64,000 nt of DNA from the NCBI GenBank assembly GCA_964252035.1, contig OZ176208.1; one strand, written 5' to 3'. Below the pieces are notes generated by a model, which saw only the letters and a list, made by a program, of their open reading frames with translations, was not told the origin of the DNA and did not search any database. Source of the DNA: Podarcis erhardii (taxonomy: Eukaryota). Numbering within the stretch: position 1 is the stretch's first letter; each line of letters starts with the position of its first letter. A program made the position numbers and the translations under genes. This document shows, piece after piece, positions 44,739-57,869 of this stretch.

Positions 44739-45783
44739 AACACAGAGGAACACTTTGTAGCCTCCTTCTATGCTAAATGCCCAAACTGGACCTATCTGTG
44801 GTAGGAAAGTTTTGGATAAGGGAACTTGAGGTGGTCATGTGTCCTATTTTAGATGCTGTGGTGGACTGTCCAATTAAAGATAAAGAGGCATCAGAAGGGA
44901 AGAGCAGAGGTTCATCAAAAGTTAGCTGCTGGACAGCAGACTGATATCTCTAATTGCGTTGGAAAGTCTGAAAAGGGCTCAGAGCCTAACAGCACATGTA
45001 GGAGAATCAAATGAGGCAACATATCACTGCAGAACAGAGGTGGGAAATCTCACATCTGGATGATCCACCGCCAATCAACTTTGGAAATGTTCCACTAGTA
45101 TTCTGGTATCAAATGTCTCATTTGTTGTTTTTCATCTTCTGCTCAAACCTACCACTCCTAAATGTGATTCAAAACACTTCATGAGCTTTGAATGCTCAGA
45201 TATTGTTTCTTTGACATATACCGTAATGGATATTAGGGAGATATTAGGGAGAGCTGCTTCCCCACTTGGTCTTACCATTAAGCATCTGGCAGATGAATAT
45301 GACAGCTCTCTGGCCCATATCTCTTTGGAGCATCTTTTTGGTAGGTGAACAAAGGGATTAGTTAGGCAAGAGTCCTCTTCAGGGTATGAGCCAAAGGTTT
45401 TCCATCATAAACACTCATATTTTGGGCATGAATCCTTTCCACCACATTTTTTTTTTTTTTTTGTAAACCATCTGCCACGCATTAATAACTTTAGCATGAG
45501 CCAGTTACAATGTTGAATATTTAAAAACTTTTTTAAAAAAACCAAACTAAATTTGGCTCAAATATGGGCCTTGATTTGTGAGTGTAGACTTGGAAATCTG
45601 TCTTTTGGAAAACAGTATTTGTATTCCACCATGAGGGTATAAAACAACAGTGTGCTTGTGCAACCAGGACTGCAAGCAAGCAGAGCTTGGATAGGGAATG
45701 AGACTCAAATTGCATTTAAAGGTTAACCTACATACAGTGGTACCTCGGGTTAAGTACTTAATTTGTTCCGGAGGTCCGTTCTT

Positions 45784-46753
45784 TTTTTTTTTTCCTATAA
45801 ATATTTATTAACAATTTTTAAATACAATACAAAAGAAGAAACAATATAACATGTATCTTAACATAATTTCTTAACTTCTTTGGACTTCCTCACATCTCCC
45901 ACTCCTGCGTTCCTCACACACACACAAAATTTTTTTCCAGCAATTTATCGCCTTGTTTCCAATCTTATTATCTAATTTTCCCATGTTTTTTCTCTAATTT
46001 TAGATATCCTTTGTTCAAATCCTAAGAATTTAAATATAATCTAATAATTATCCAAAAGTTTATCTTTTCTTAAATCTCACTTATCTTCATAACACCATCT
46101 AACTTAGTGGTGCCAGATTATTTATGATCTAGCATCCTTCTTAACATTCATACAATTTACAATATTTTTGTAAGTAAATCTTGAATTTCTTCCAATCTTC
46201 TTCAACCGTCTCTTCTCCCAGGTCTCGGATTCTGCCGGTCATCTCGGCCAGTTCCATATAGTCTATCAGTTGCATCTGCCACTCTGTTTTCTTAGGGAAG
46301 GTATACTTAAATACCTTTTTCAGCTCATTATATATCATTTCCCAGAAAGCCTTCACTCTAGGGCAGGTCCACCAGAGGTGAAAGAAAGTTCCTTCGCTTA
46401 CTTTACATTTCCAACATTTATTATCGGACAAATGGTATATTTTTGCAAGTTTGACTGGGGTCATGTACCATCTGTATATCATTTTCATAACATTTTCTTT
46501 CAAAGCATTACATGCAGTGAAGTTCAGCCCAGTGGTCCACAACCTTTCCCAGTCCTCAAACATGATATTGTACCCAATGTCCTGTGCCCACTTTATCATA
46601 ACCGATTTTACCGTTTCATCTTGTGTGTTCCATTTTAACAGCAAGTTATACATTCTTGAAAGTACCTTAGTCTTAGGTTCTAACAATTGATAGAGTTTTA
46701 ATTTCTCTGAGAATCGGCTGTGACTTCGGATTTGATCTTAACTTCTTCTCACA
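45784..46753 (-). mobile_element. 5'-truncated L1-clade LINE (~970 bp) with perfect 21-bp TSD
   Basis: Poly-T at 45782-45793; TSD ttgttccggaggtccgttctt at 45763-45783 and 46754-46774; pre-insertion site TCTT/AA resembles the L1 endonuclease consensus TTTT/AA. Confidence 0.92.
46141..46686 (-). pseudogene. L1 ORF2 C-terminal domain with CCHC zinc knuckle
   Basis: 181-aa open frame containing CWKCKVSEGTFFHLWWTC (C-x2-C...H-x4-C) and YRWYMTPVKL, typical of non-mammalian L1/Tx1 ORF2 C-termini. Confidence 0.88.
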
Positions 46754-47949
46754 TTGTTCCGGAGGTCCGTTCTTAACCTGAAATTGTTCTTAACCTGAAG
46801 CACCACTTTAGCTAATGGGGCCTCCTGCTGCCGCAACGCCGCCGGAGCACAATTTCTGTTCTTATCCAGAAGTAAAGTTCCTAACCCGAGGTAATATTTC
46901 TTGGTTAGTGGAGTCTGTAACCTGAAGCGTATGTAACCTGAAGCATATGTAAGTTGAGGTACTACTGTAATTTGCACTTTCCAAAACAATATATGCACTG
47001 AAACACAGACATTCTTTGAAATTTGCACATCTCTGAATTTTGCAATGCAGTTCTACAGTCAACTAAAGTGTGCCAAAACCACATGCTAAAGTATGCATAA
47101 AAACACATATATCCGTGAAAATAATGTACAGAAATGCATTACATTAGGGGAAATGGCAATGCACAAATATGTGGTTTTTTTGAAAATTTCCACTGAAAAT
47201 GTGTATAAAAGAAGAAATTTGTGCTAAAATTATTATGAATTCACAAACATGGAGAACTGAGGACCAGAAAAATGAGAAACTGAGAGCAGCAAAAATTGGC
47301 AGATTCACCGATTCCAAGAGGTAAGTGCTGAAGGCAAGTGCTGCTGACCCAGTTCAGGGTGGGTGGTGGTTGCGGCCCATTGCAGTGGCCCCTTAGGGCC
47401 AAAAAATCATCCACCCTTGTAGCCAACTGTTGGATTCATCAGCCAGCCATAATGGCTCCTGGAATTGCTGGCCAAGACTTTGAATTTTGGCCCGATCAGG
47501 GCCTTTGCAGGGGGTGGTGCTTTGGTGAGGGAGCAAGTCTTCACTCTGATCCACTGTCAGTGAATAAAAGTCAGCTGCACTGCCCCTGTCCCTCCCTGCC
47601 CCCATTCTTTCCCCATTCTTCTGCGTCCAAAAGAATCCACACATTGGTCATTGTGTGTCAGCTGCACGCACGATTGTTGCTTATACTATCCCTTGTATGT
47701 TTCAGCAATCATACTTGCCCTGTTTGAGTGTTCTAAATTACACAGTTAAGATTACATGGAGCAGAAAGGAAGCAGGGGAACCTGCTTGATGTATGTAGGC
47801 TTCCCTTCACAACTGAGCACCTTCATCACTGTTGGAGCCTACGTGTGTAGGTAGGCAGGTATTGTGGTGGGCGGTGAGCTGAGATGACCTTAGCAAAACC
47901 AGTGGCCATAGCGCTACTCTGTTAACTGTGTTTAAAACACCCAGAAAGG

Positions 47950-48168
47950 TAGGATTGCCATATTTCAAAAAGTGAAAATCTGGACACAAACATTATTGAG
48001 CTTTTTTTGGCAAAGTTATCAAGCTTTCCTTCCTTCCTTCCTTCCTTCCTTCCTTCCTTCCTAACTTCCTTCCTTCCTTCCTAACTTCCTTCCTTCCTTC
48101 CTAGTTGTTGCGCTTTCTTTTTCTTTTTGGGACAAAGTTGTTGAAATTCCAGACGTATAGCAACCCTA
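47950..48168. mobile_element. hAT (Blackjack-like) MITE containing a (TTCC)n tract
   Basis: Ends taggattgccata...tatagcaacccta (TAGGGTTGCCA-type TIR); weak 8-bp flanks cagaaagg/cagatgga. Confidence 0.6.
48026..48101. repeat. (TTCC)n with periodic CTAA interruptions
   Basis: Direct reading. Confidence 0.9.
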
Positions 48169-48963
48169 CAGATGGAGCTCCTGACACATTCCATACAAAA
48201 ACAAGGAATTTAATTGGGTAGGTAAAACATGGAAGTTTGCAACTACCTAGACAGACGACACATCAGATTCAAAATATGGCAAATCAAGGCTAGTCCCTTT
48301 CTCCCCCAAGGTTTTCCAACCCAATCAACCCATATACAAACAATCCAAGAGATACCCAGGTTTACAATATTGACAAGTTAATAATATCCTGCAGAGTCAA
48401 AAGTGTGAACTGAAGCAAGTGCACCATATGGTTGGGCCCAAAGCTTCAAAGCATATTATCCCCCTTCATTATACAGAGCTGGAATGTGTCTCTTCAGCAT
48501 GATATTTGCAAAAGTGAGATACTGATCTATGAAGGAATATGTTTGATGTCTATATTTATTCATCTTACTGAAAGTAAGTCTCATTTCCTAGCTGGCTTTG
48601 TAAAGATGGAGGGAGAAAGACTGGTTGTTGGCTTGTGTGGGGGTTTTTTCATATTCAGAGATCTTTACAGTTTGTAAAGTCATGAAAGACATGAAGTATG
48701 GCGAGTTCTTTTAGACACTTTGCAAATGACAGGCTGGCTGCTATTTCTTGCAGCAAAGTAAAATCACTGGCACTCTCAAGAAATGAGAGCAGAATAAGAG
48801 AGAAAATTCAAAGCCTATACTCCCTTGAACTCTGAGAGGTGGTAAAGCTGGATGCTATTGGCTTTTCTTTGTTTAAATATAGCAAAGTTTGTTGCCCACA
48901 ACATATGAGGATAGAAAAGCTGTTTTCATGAAATATCCCTGTTTATTTCTATGTACTTTGACA

Positions 48964-49450
48964 CAGGGATGCTTAAAACTGTCAGTCTCAGTTTCTCTCT
49001 CATTTTATTTTTCCAATCCTAAATTCAGCTCTCCACATTTCCACATCATTTTGCCTTAAAAAATAAAGTTCTCATGAAAATGCAAACTTCTCCTAATTTA
49101 AACATTTTAATGCAAGTTTGCTTAATATCATGGGCTTCGCCGAGGGGGCAGGGACAGGGGCCTACATCAAGTAAAACAATAGAAATACATAACTAACTGG
49201 CCAATCACATTGGTTCTGCCGCCCCAACAAAAGTCCTGTCCGCCCCCCACCAACAAAAATCCTGGCTACGCCCATGCCTAATATGCACATTCTTGCAAGC
49301 AATTTTCTATCCTATAATGCATTTTTTTGTATGTTTCATTAATATATACAATTTTATATGCACACTTACCCTAGTATTTCTGAACGCGTTATGAAATAAT
49401 ATGCATTCATTTCCAATTTGGAAAAAGTATGAATTTCAAAGCATAAATGC
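48964..49450 (+). mobile_element. TAGGGATG-type element copy 4
   Basis: cagggatgcttaaaactgtcagtctcagtttctctc..ttttccaatcctaaattcagctctccacatttcc matches the copy 2 start. Confidence 0.7.
49129..49276. mobile_element. hAT-type MITE (catgggc...gcccatg) nested in copy 4
   Basis: Ends catgggcttcgcc...cctggctacgcccatg; 8-bp TSD cttaatat (49121-49128) and cctaatat (49277-49284). Confidence 0.75.
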
Positions 49451-50494
49451 AAGTGGAACCAGAACAGTGTTGATTCAAAGACGAAAAAGCACATACATCT
49501 GTGAAGTGAATTATGTTCAGATAACAGTTAAAGGTACTCTTTTTTAGGGGTATCAAGAACTTCATATCCTACAGGTGTGGATACTGTATACTCCAAATCC
49601 TGTGGGGTACAGGATTTTGCACACACCATCCCACTAGATGCTGTACTCATTCTTTGTAAGCTTATACAATGCTGGCTTATGCATAATGACACACATCAGT
49701 TCTCTACAGGAAACTGGAAGCAGATACTGTGTTGGGGAGTGTAGCCTATTGCTGTGTTATATGGTGTGATTTGAAGAGGTTACCTAAAATGGGAAATGTA
49801 GCACTTTTGCCCCAGTAACACAACTGCCATAGCCATGATTTATATAAACATGTGGCACTCTACAATGCTCTCCCCTCTATAAAATCATCATTGGACAGCT
49901 GGGTGATGTTAACTAAGACCTAATCATAAACATCTGCTAAGTTTACAAAAAAATATATATCTTGCCTTGATTCCCAGATTTGCCTCAAAGAAAATATACC
50001 GTGAAGCTGTATGCACAAATTATTTTAACCATCTTTCTTTACTATTTTAAAAGTTGTCATTTATATATACTAACGCCTAGGGGTTTTTTCCCTGACACAT
50101 GCACACTAACAAATCAGATATGTTTGGAGTTTGCTGACTGTTTTCTAACACTTAATAAAGAGATCAGATGCCTTGTAGTTAACTTACGGGTTGCCAGTAC
50201 CTTTGGTATTGGGTTGCTTGTGGCCTCAGACGAGGTTCCATTTTGCTTTAAATGCAACTGACAACTTAAACCCACTCCATTTTTTTTATTTTTTGCTACA
50301 AGTTTCAGTTTAAATAGTTGGGTGTATAAAGGAAAGTCATCTGGATTAGCCACCGAAAGTTTATTTGCAAATAATGCAGAACATGATTCAAAATATTTTG
50401 CTGTCTAACAGTTTCTGTGGGCCTCCCACTCTTTGGGTAGCTCCACTAATACAACTCTTGTGAATTTCATTGATGCTTTGAGGATAAGTCTATT

Positions 50495-50593
50495 ATAAAT
50501 TATGCCTGCTACCAGTAAGTATCATTGTTTTCAGTAAATCCCATTGAACTCAGTGGGCCTTACTTCTGAGTAGACATGCGGAGGATTGCATTG
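50495..50593. mobile_element. Chompy-like palindromic MITE, degraded
   Basis: agtaaatcccattgaactcagtgggccttacttctgagtagacatgcggaggattgca matches the 62803 family. Confidence 0.55.
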
Positions 50594-50965
50594 TTGATTG
50601 ATAATATATTTTAAACTTTACAGATTGGAATAACTGCATTCTATATCCTTATTCCATTTATTTATTATTTGGTTTTGGGGCCATGTGCAAATTTGATGAG
50701 TCCACTTCCTTGTATACATTATCTGCATCATTTTATGGTTGCTTGTAGCTCAGGTTTCGTGAGTAAATATTGTTCTGTGTATATTATTTAGAGTATATTA
50801 TTTATTCGACCTTACTGAGTACGTTACTTATTATTCATACATCATTGTCACTGTCTATGGCATTGTGCAAAGCAGTATAAAGGACAAGGCAGGAAACTAC
50901 AGATTAATATTAGATATGTGTGAGTTAAGGAAATGAAGAAAAGGACTTGGCTTATTATGGGAGGG

Positions 50966-51103
50966 CAGGGATAGGATTCACACAGCCCTCCAGATGTTTG
51001 TTGGACTCCTACTCCCATGAGTCCCTAGCAGGATGGACAATGGTAAGGAATGATGGGAGCTGTAGTCCAGCAACAAATGAAGGGTCCCAGGCTCCTCAAC
51101 CAT
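50966..51103. mobile_element. Palindromic hAT MITE, degraded
   Basis: gccctccagatgtttgttggactcctactcccat...gatgggagctgtagtccagcaaca; same family as 25179. Confidence 0.7.
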
Positions 51104-51257
51104 ACAGTGCATAGTATTATTATTACCACACTGCATAGTACACTTAACACCTCAGTCAATGTTCCTGCTAAGGAAAATTAGCTGGGTGCCTCTTATTTGC
51201 CTTTCCAGGCCAAGTCCCTCCTGTTATTTGATATTGAAGTACAGTTATTTGGAGTAA

Positions 51258-51609
51258 CACCCACCTCTGAACTATCCAGGACATCCTAGAATTACAGAAG
51301 TCACCCCAGCTTCTGATTGGATCCCATGATGTCCCATTTTGGTTCCCCCAAGAGTGCAGCCCCCAAAGATGCCTGTTTTTAGGGACCATGCTATCGCACA
51401 ACTCACCTGACTTCCACAAAAGCATGGCCCCCCAAAAACACCCATTTGAGGGCGCCCACGCTCTTGCAGAAGTCACCTGGCTCCCACAACAATGTGGCCA
51501 CCCAAAACACCCATTTGGGGAGGCTGTATTCTAACACAAATCACATGGCTTGCATGGGAGCGCAACCCTGAAAGATGGGTGTCCCGATTTTCCTGTGTTG
51601 AATGTTATA
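51258..51609. mobile_element. Third, older copy of CATACCCTCCAAC-TIR family
   Basis: Shares gatgtcccatttt, gcagcccccaaa and gtcccgattttcc..gtgttg motifs with 5585 and 37397; internal subrepeats (ccccaaaacacccattt) duplicated. Confidence 0.45.
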
Positions 51610-52676
51610 AGTTAACATAACCTCTGAGTAAATACAGATGGTTATTCTAGGTATGATATGTTAAAGTTATAAATTTAATGTACATAATCTGTACATTAAG
51701 AAGCCTATTGCAAAAGGCTGGCATTTCCCCCCCAATTATGCAAGCAGTCTCATGACTTACCTTGTGACTTTCTGCTGTTGCAATTTAAGAAGCTGTATAT
51801 GTTTACTTAAGAGCTACTGTGCCTGCCTATGTGAGATTCTGACACACAGAGGAATGAAGCAGATGCAATTTGATTTTAGCACTGAAACTATATTTTAGTG
51901 GAGATGCTTAATATTTCTCTCTGGGACCAGAGGGAGGGGAAAGTTTAAGAACTTAAACTCATTGCCAACAATATGTTACTTTGTTGTTTTGTAACATTTG
52001 TATTTTTCTACTTAGTATTTAAGACTGTGCAGTAAAGCTTTAAAAACTCGTTCTTCTGGTGAAAAGAATTCATTTCTGCACAGGAGTCCAGATCTGGAAT
52101 CTTGTTGTACAACTCTAACATAGTATAAATGGACAGAGCGCGTTCTTTTCTGTGAAAGCAAACGCTTCAGAATGCAGCAACTTTGTGTTCAAACACTTCC
52201 ATCACTCTTAAACTTTAGAACATGGGAATACATAACCATGATCACCACCCAGCATGGTTAAAGGCTAGGGACAGTGGGAGTTGTAGTAGAGCCACATTGA
52301 TTATCCATGTTTTAGAATGTCTCAAGAACTTGGACTACATAAGGCCTTAAATCTTTTGAAGTGTCTTGTAAATGTGAGCTAATGGGCCAAAAATGGAAAG
52401 AAGAGGAAGGAAAAAAAAAATGAACACAGGTGGATGAAGAAGTGATAAGAATGAAAACAAAGCTGTTCATTTGACATGGCATTGACTGTGCTTGTGGAAC
52501 CTGCTTAGAAAGGCCTGGCCTCGGGGGGTATTGCTCTGTAACAAAGTACATGATTTGTAAGTTCGCAAGTCGAAGGGCCCATCTTTGATCCCTGTTAACT
52601 CTGGTTAACAGATGTAGCCAAGACCTATGCACCACACTTTGAAGAGCTTCTGATAGTTAGGATTGATGGGCTAGGG

Positions 52677-52810
52677 CAGGGATGGGGAAACTATGGCTCT
52701 CCAGATTTTGTTGGACTATGACTGCATCATCCCTGATCATTGACAATGCTAGCTGGGGATGACGGGAGTCTTGCAGTATTGGGGGAGGCTGTGGGTTCTC
52801 TATTAGCTTG
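52677..52810. mobile_element. Palindromic hAT MITE, degraded
   Basis: cagggatggggaaactatggctctccagattttgttggactatgactgcatcatccctg. Confidence 0.65.
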
Positions 52811-55049
52811 ACTAAGTAAAAGGCAATCTCATAAGGAAACAGGATAAAAGTGGTCTAGAGCAGGCTCACCTCTGTCATGCAGGTGCAGAACAATATTCAA
52901 AACCATAATCTTGTATTAGGTGATATCATCTAGTCACCCTTGCAATTAGTGATTATCTTATACTCTGATGCACAGAGGCTGATATCATGCATGTTTTCAT
53001 CCTAGCTAATGCAACCATGGTGGGGGCAGCGGGTATTCTTATTCATAATTTCCAGTCCTTTCATGAATCAGAGGAAAATATAATTGGGTTACTAACCACA
53101 TGGACTCAATACGAACATGTGATGGAGAGGTTGAACCTGATACCTTTAGATAATGAAATGTCTTACTAACTTACTTCACAGTCTAAGGACAAGAGCACTG
53201 ATATATGCATTAAATAAATGTGATCTTCCATATTTTAATTTAGAATAAACATTGATGCAGACTATAGATCAACATACTCATTTACTTCTAGTTTGGGATC
53301 CCCGCCCCCCACAACAAGAATGAGGAACTTGCTGCTTTTAAAAAACCCCTGAGAATGTCATGATTTGCCAGGCATTAGAAGCCATGTTCTGCAACATGCA
53401 ACCTCAGGCTCATAGGTTTCTATTACACCATTGGTTTTATATGAAATATTTGACCGCAACTGACCTATAAGACACTGTAGGAAAATGACCCAGCTGGTTA
53501 TTCTCCTCACCCTGGTTGAAATTTGCTTTGTCCACTCTGTTTAGCAAGATCAGCGAAGTGCTTTGCACACATGCTTAGACAAGAGGTACAAGGAAGAGTT
53601 ATACACAAAGGTGTCAGACAGTCAGAAACAGACCTTTGAGAAATGAGTGTTTGAGAACCTGTGTCTTTCTTAGAAACCACAGTGTATGATGATGGTTTTG
53701 TAAACACCAGTGCCTTAGTGTTAAAAGTAAGAATTATGACAACCTTGCAGAGAACTATTGCTAACCATGGCATTTACTTAGTATAAAGATCACATATTGA
53801 GTCAAACAGCAGGATGATTAATGATCCTATATTTTTTTCAGATCCCGCAGCCCCCAATCCTAATTCCTTGTCTGTGCCATGTACACTCCAATCCTGATCA
53901 TGTTTATTTGCAAGCTAACTACTCTATTGATTCCAAAGGAACTTTCAGATTAGAAACATTGGATAGCAATCCATTGTACTTTGCTTTAATTAGTTACTTC
54001 CCATTTTAATAGCTAAATTTTAGTGCCTTCTTTAAAAAACAACAACAAGCAGGCGATCAATATTAAAACTGCTCTCAGAGCTCTCAATCAAAATAAAATT
54101 AAGCACTCGGGTCCTTTTGAAATATAATGTGACTTAAGTGCTTAACCTTGTTTTTAAGTTCTAGTGATTTAATGTTTTTGCATATTCTGCTCACTTTGTC
54201 CCATCCAGCAGTCTGTTCTGGATGGAAAAGCTCAGTTGCAGATTTATTGTACACAGCAGTTACCATTTATTTCAATGGAGAGACTTGATCCATATCTTTG
54301 CAGATAGGATGAAATATTGGATGATACATCTCCCCTGAGCTGGCCCATCACATGGAGGAAATTGAGTTCAGCCAACACCTCCATGTTCACCTGATGTGCC
54401 AGCCCAATGTGCAAGTGTGTAAAATAATAATAATAGTAATAATAATAATATATTCTTTTGTGCTTTAACAGATCCTAAGTTTTAATTGTCCTTGTTGTCT
54501 TTGTTCTTTTATCATAGCTGGTATTCATCTTCTATGAGTTGTTTTGAATATTGTTTTCATAGAAAAGCACCCTATATATGTTCTAAATACATACTTTGTT
54601 TGGATTTATGTCATGTTCTTCACTGACTCTTTCTGTCCCATCAAGAAATTAACCTAAATAACAATTTCATCAGCTTTCTGCTTTGGAACAATGGCTTAGG
54701 CTCTGCATAGCTGTGTAATGTGATCTGATACTTTATTATGTTTTTAACACCACCATTATCTACAGGAAATGCATATTTTTAAACATTTGCCAAACTCTTG
54801 GCAGTGCATCCTAACTGGGGGAAAATGATAGTCCTTGTATTCTTTAGTGATTGTGGTGGAAGGTATTTGGAAAACTGGCACACCTTGTTTTTAAGAATGC
54901 CAATAAAGGCCAACCTGAGAAAGTGACCTGAATAAACCAGTCCAAAATTAAACAATCAAACCCAATTAATAAGTTTTCTTATCAGTTGAAGATCCAAGTG
55001 AAAAAAACACCATGCATTCTGGTGCCTTACTAGACAGCTGTTGATGTCC

Positions 55050-55230
55050 ACAGCCTAGAGTGATGGGTGCTGATTTGGGAGATTTTGAATTCCAGCCCTG
55101 TCTTGGTTGTGGGTGATTGTGAACAACTTACTATATCTCAGCCTCAGTTTCTCATCTGCAAAATGGGAATATTACTCAGCAGGGCCTGACCAGGGAGAAA
55201 ATGGCTTTTGCATAGCAGTTGTTAAAATAA
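55050..55230 (+). mobile_element. MIR (CORE-SINE) remnant
   Basis: gcctcagtttctcatctgcaaaatgggaata at ~55141-55171 is the classic MIR CORE motif. Confidence 0.7.
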
Positions 55231-57869
55231 CTTTGTGGGGAGGGTATGAGAAGGGCTTTTCCTTAGACTACATTATTGATATATCTCTTACGGCCTAAAA
55301 GCAGAACTTGTGGTTTCAAAAAAAAATGGCCTTTCCTGTTTGGTGAAGGTACCAAGAAATCCTATTCACCCTCCCCAACATGGACACTGTCAAAGAGCAA
55401 AATAATAATGATGAAACCTGTCTTGCATTTCTTTGCAGGCCCCCCCTCCCACCATTGTGAAAGAGTCTTCTCTTGTTCTGCCTCTTTCTCAACACATATC
55501 AGAATTTCTGTAGGGTTGTCCAGTTGAGCTAATTTATCTGTTTAGGTTGGCCATGTGAAAGGTGTGTAATTTTCTTCCCATTAAACATTTCCTCAGCACT
55601 CTGCAGCCTCCTTAGCTGCCAACACTTCCTTGATCCAAAAGAGCCCCATAGGAGAAGTTCCTCATTATATTTTCCCCTGAGCACTGACTGAAACACTGGA
55701 AATCAGAGAGGTTGGCTACCAAGCATCTGAAGCAGATTGGGTTGCCGATTTTCTTTTTACAGTCCTTCCTGAATCTTAAAAAAAGTATTTCCACACTGAT
55801 TTCTTTCAAAGTAAAAGATTCCACTAAAAACAACAACTAACTGCATGGTACACAGCTTTGCCACTTTCCTATGCTTACAGTAAGGACCAGCTGAGTACAT
55901 CATGGGGTTTTCAAGAAATAAAGGCACCCAGGAAGGCTGGGGAGTGAAAGCCAGTGGATAAATTACTTGTAAACTTAAAGAAAGGACACTCACAAACACC
56001 CCTTGGCCACCTTGAAAGTAAGGTAAGAACAACAAGAACCATGAACCCAACTCATGAGAATTTAACTGAATTTTTCACTTCTATGATTTTTCAATTGCAA
56101 TTTCATAGTGTCATCAATTGATGGAAAATGGTTTTTTAATTTTTTTTGTTAGGAAAGCAGGAGGAATTTTTTGGCACCACGCAAGGGGAAAGTGTTACAC
56201 CAGTCAGTGTCAAAAGTGTACAAATAGCTACTGGATTAGATGTTAACAGGAAATAAAGAGACAAGTTTCCCCTTCAATAGTAGCTCTTCCCTTACAAAAC
56301 TTTTTAAAGTATTCTTTGTAATATATATGTGCGTGCACTCATGTGATCTGGTGAATACTTGAAAGCAGAGTTTTGTAGTTACCCTTTGCAGTTAAATGTA
56401 GAACCACAGGAGACTTGAATGAAATTCGTACAATACAGCAGGCAGACCAGCCATTCTTGTGGTTTCTCCCCTTCTTATTTGCTTAATTTGATTTTTGTCA
56501 AGCACTCACTAACATTATAAATCTCTCAAGTGAAATAACAATAATTTGCATGTGTTAACACCTTTGATTAAAAAGGGGGAGGGAGAAGGGAGAACATATT
56601 CTTTCCTAGTTTTATGGTTTCTTAATCATAAAAACCTGTTTCATCTCAGCACAACTGCATCGTCCTGTTTGTAATTATGGAGACATCACTGTAGAATTTA
56701 AACATTAGTGCAGAGAAAACACTTCTGCGATATGTCCTGGTTATTTTGCCTCATTTGATGCTGCATCGTTCAAGTATTCCCCAAGCCTAATGACAACTTA
56801 TTTATTCATGCTTATCTCTGCTTTGGATAATTTGAGAAGGGATTTCTAGTTGTCTTGCAAACAGATGAGGGACATTTTTGCTGACACCTTTTAGTTAGCA
56901 TTATAGGAGGGAGCCCTGATTTATTGCACAGATCAACTTAGCTTTATGATATACAACCTCGTATTACAACCATGCTTCCAATCTCCAAATTTCCAAAAAG
57001 TCAAAGAGGATAAGACAGTATGCAGGTGCAGGACAAAAAATAAAAAATAAAAAATACTCATGTGGTTTTTAATCAACAGGACCTGACCCCTAATGACTGG
57101 TGAAAAATCACTTTTCATTACTTGTGATTTGCAGATGGTGGAAACTCATTCAAACTAATTTGATTTCCTTTAAAAAAAAATAAAAATTCCAGCCTCCACC
57201 CCTCTGAGCCTTGTGGGCGAGTGTGATTTAAATAGCTGATGAAAAACTTCATTGCAATAAAGCATGCTCAGCTGCTCAGGATTTTCCTATCTTTATAAAA
57301 GAATCTGATTGCAAATCTGATGCATTTTGAATGGATCAGAAGAGTTTGAAAAGGAGCAAGATAAAATCAGACAGATGTGTAGGTCTGTGGACTGGGGTGC
57401 ACATCCCCTTCTTTCCCCCTGCTAAACAGATGTTTGACAGGGAGGCATAGCTGGCCTGTACTCCCCCTCTCCAACAGGGGGGCTTATGTCAGGAGGGCTC
57501 AGTAACCTTTCCCCTAACATGTGGGTTTTGTGCCTGCATGGAAATTTCAGCATGGGTGCATTAAAATGTTGTTTTCCATCTGCAGTATATAAAGTGGTAT
57601 AGTTTCACAATGATTGTACCATGTGCCTTTGCTTGAAGATCCTCACAAACTGCAGAGGACGTCCTCTTTCACTGATTTCCTTTTACATAAGAAGTATGTG
57701 CCAATGATGTTATGGGTTCAAAATGGAACTTGGTCCAAGAGATATGTAAGCAGAGGCCTTCTCCTGGAACGTGGGTCTTGGCTCTGCTCCTACAAATGGA
57801 AGAAGCCGGGGGGGAAATTATTTTCATGAACTAACCCTGATGTTTCTTGAATGTCAAAACTCAGTTCTG

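Larger units (their letters stand above)
45735..46967 (+). mobile_element. pogo/Tigger-like MITE split by an L1 insertion
   Basis: TIR cagtggtacctcgggtta...gaggtactactg; TA at 45733-45734 and 46968-46969; halves align to the 7779 copy. Confidence 0.9.
45692..47317 (-). mobile_element. TAGGGATG-type element copy 3, outer host of a nested insertion
   Basis: 45692-45734 (tagggaatgagactcaaattgcatttaaaggttaacctaca) continues after the MITE at 46970 (atttgcactttccaaaacaat) and ends aaaaatgagaaactgagag..aaattggcagattcaccgattcc, the reverse complement of the copy 2 start. Confidence 0.7.

Noticed and set aside
51990-52062. Strong polypyrimidine acceptor with short frame YLRLCSKALKTRSS
   Set aside because: Weak donor and no protein recognition; insufficient support.
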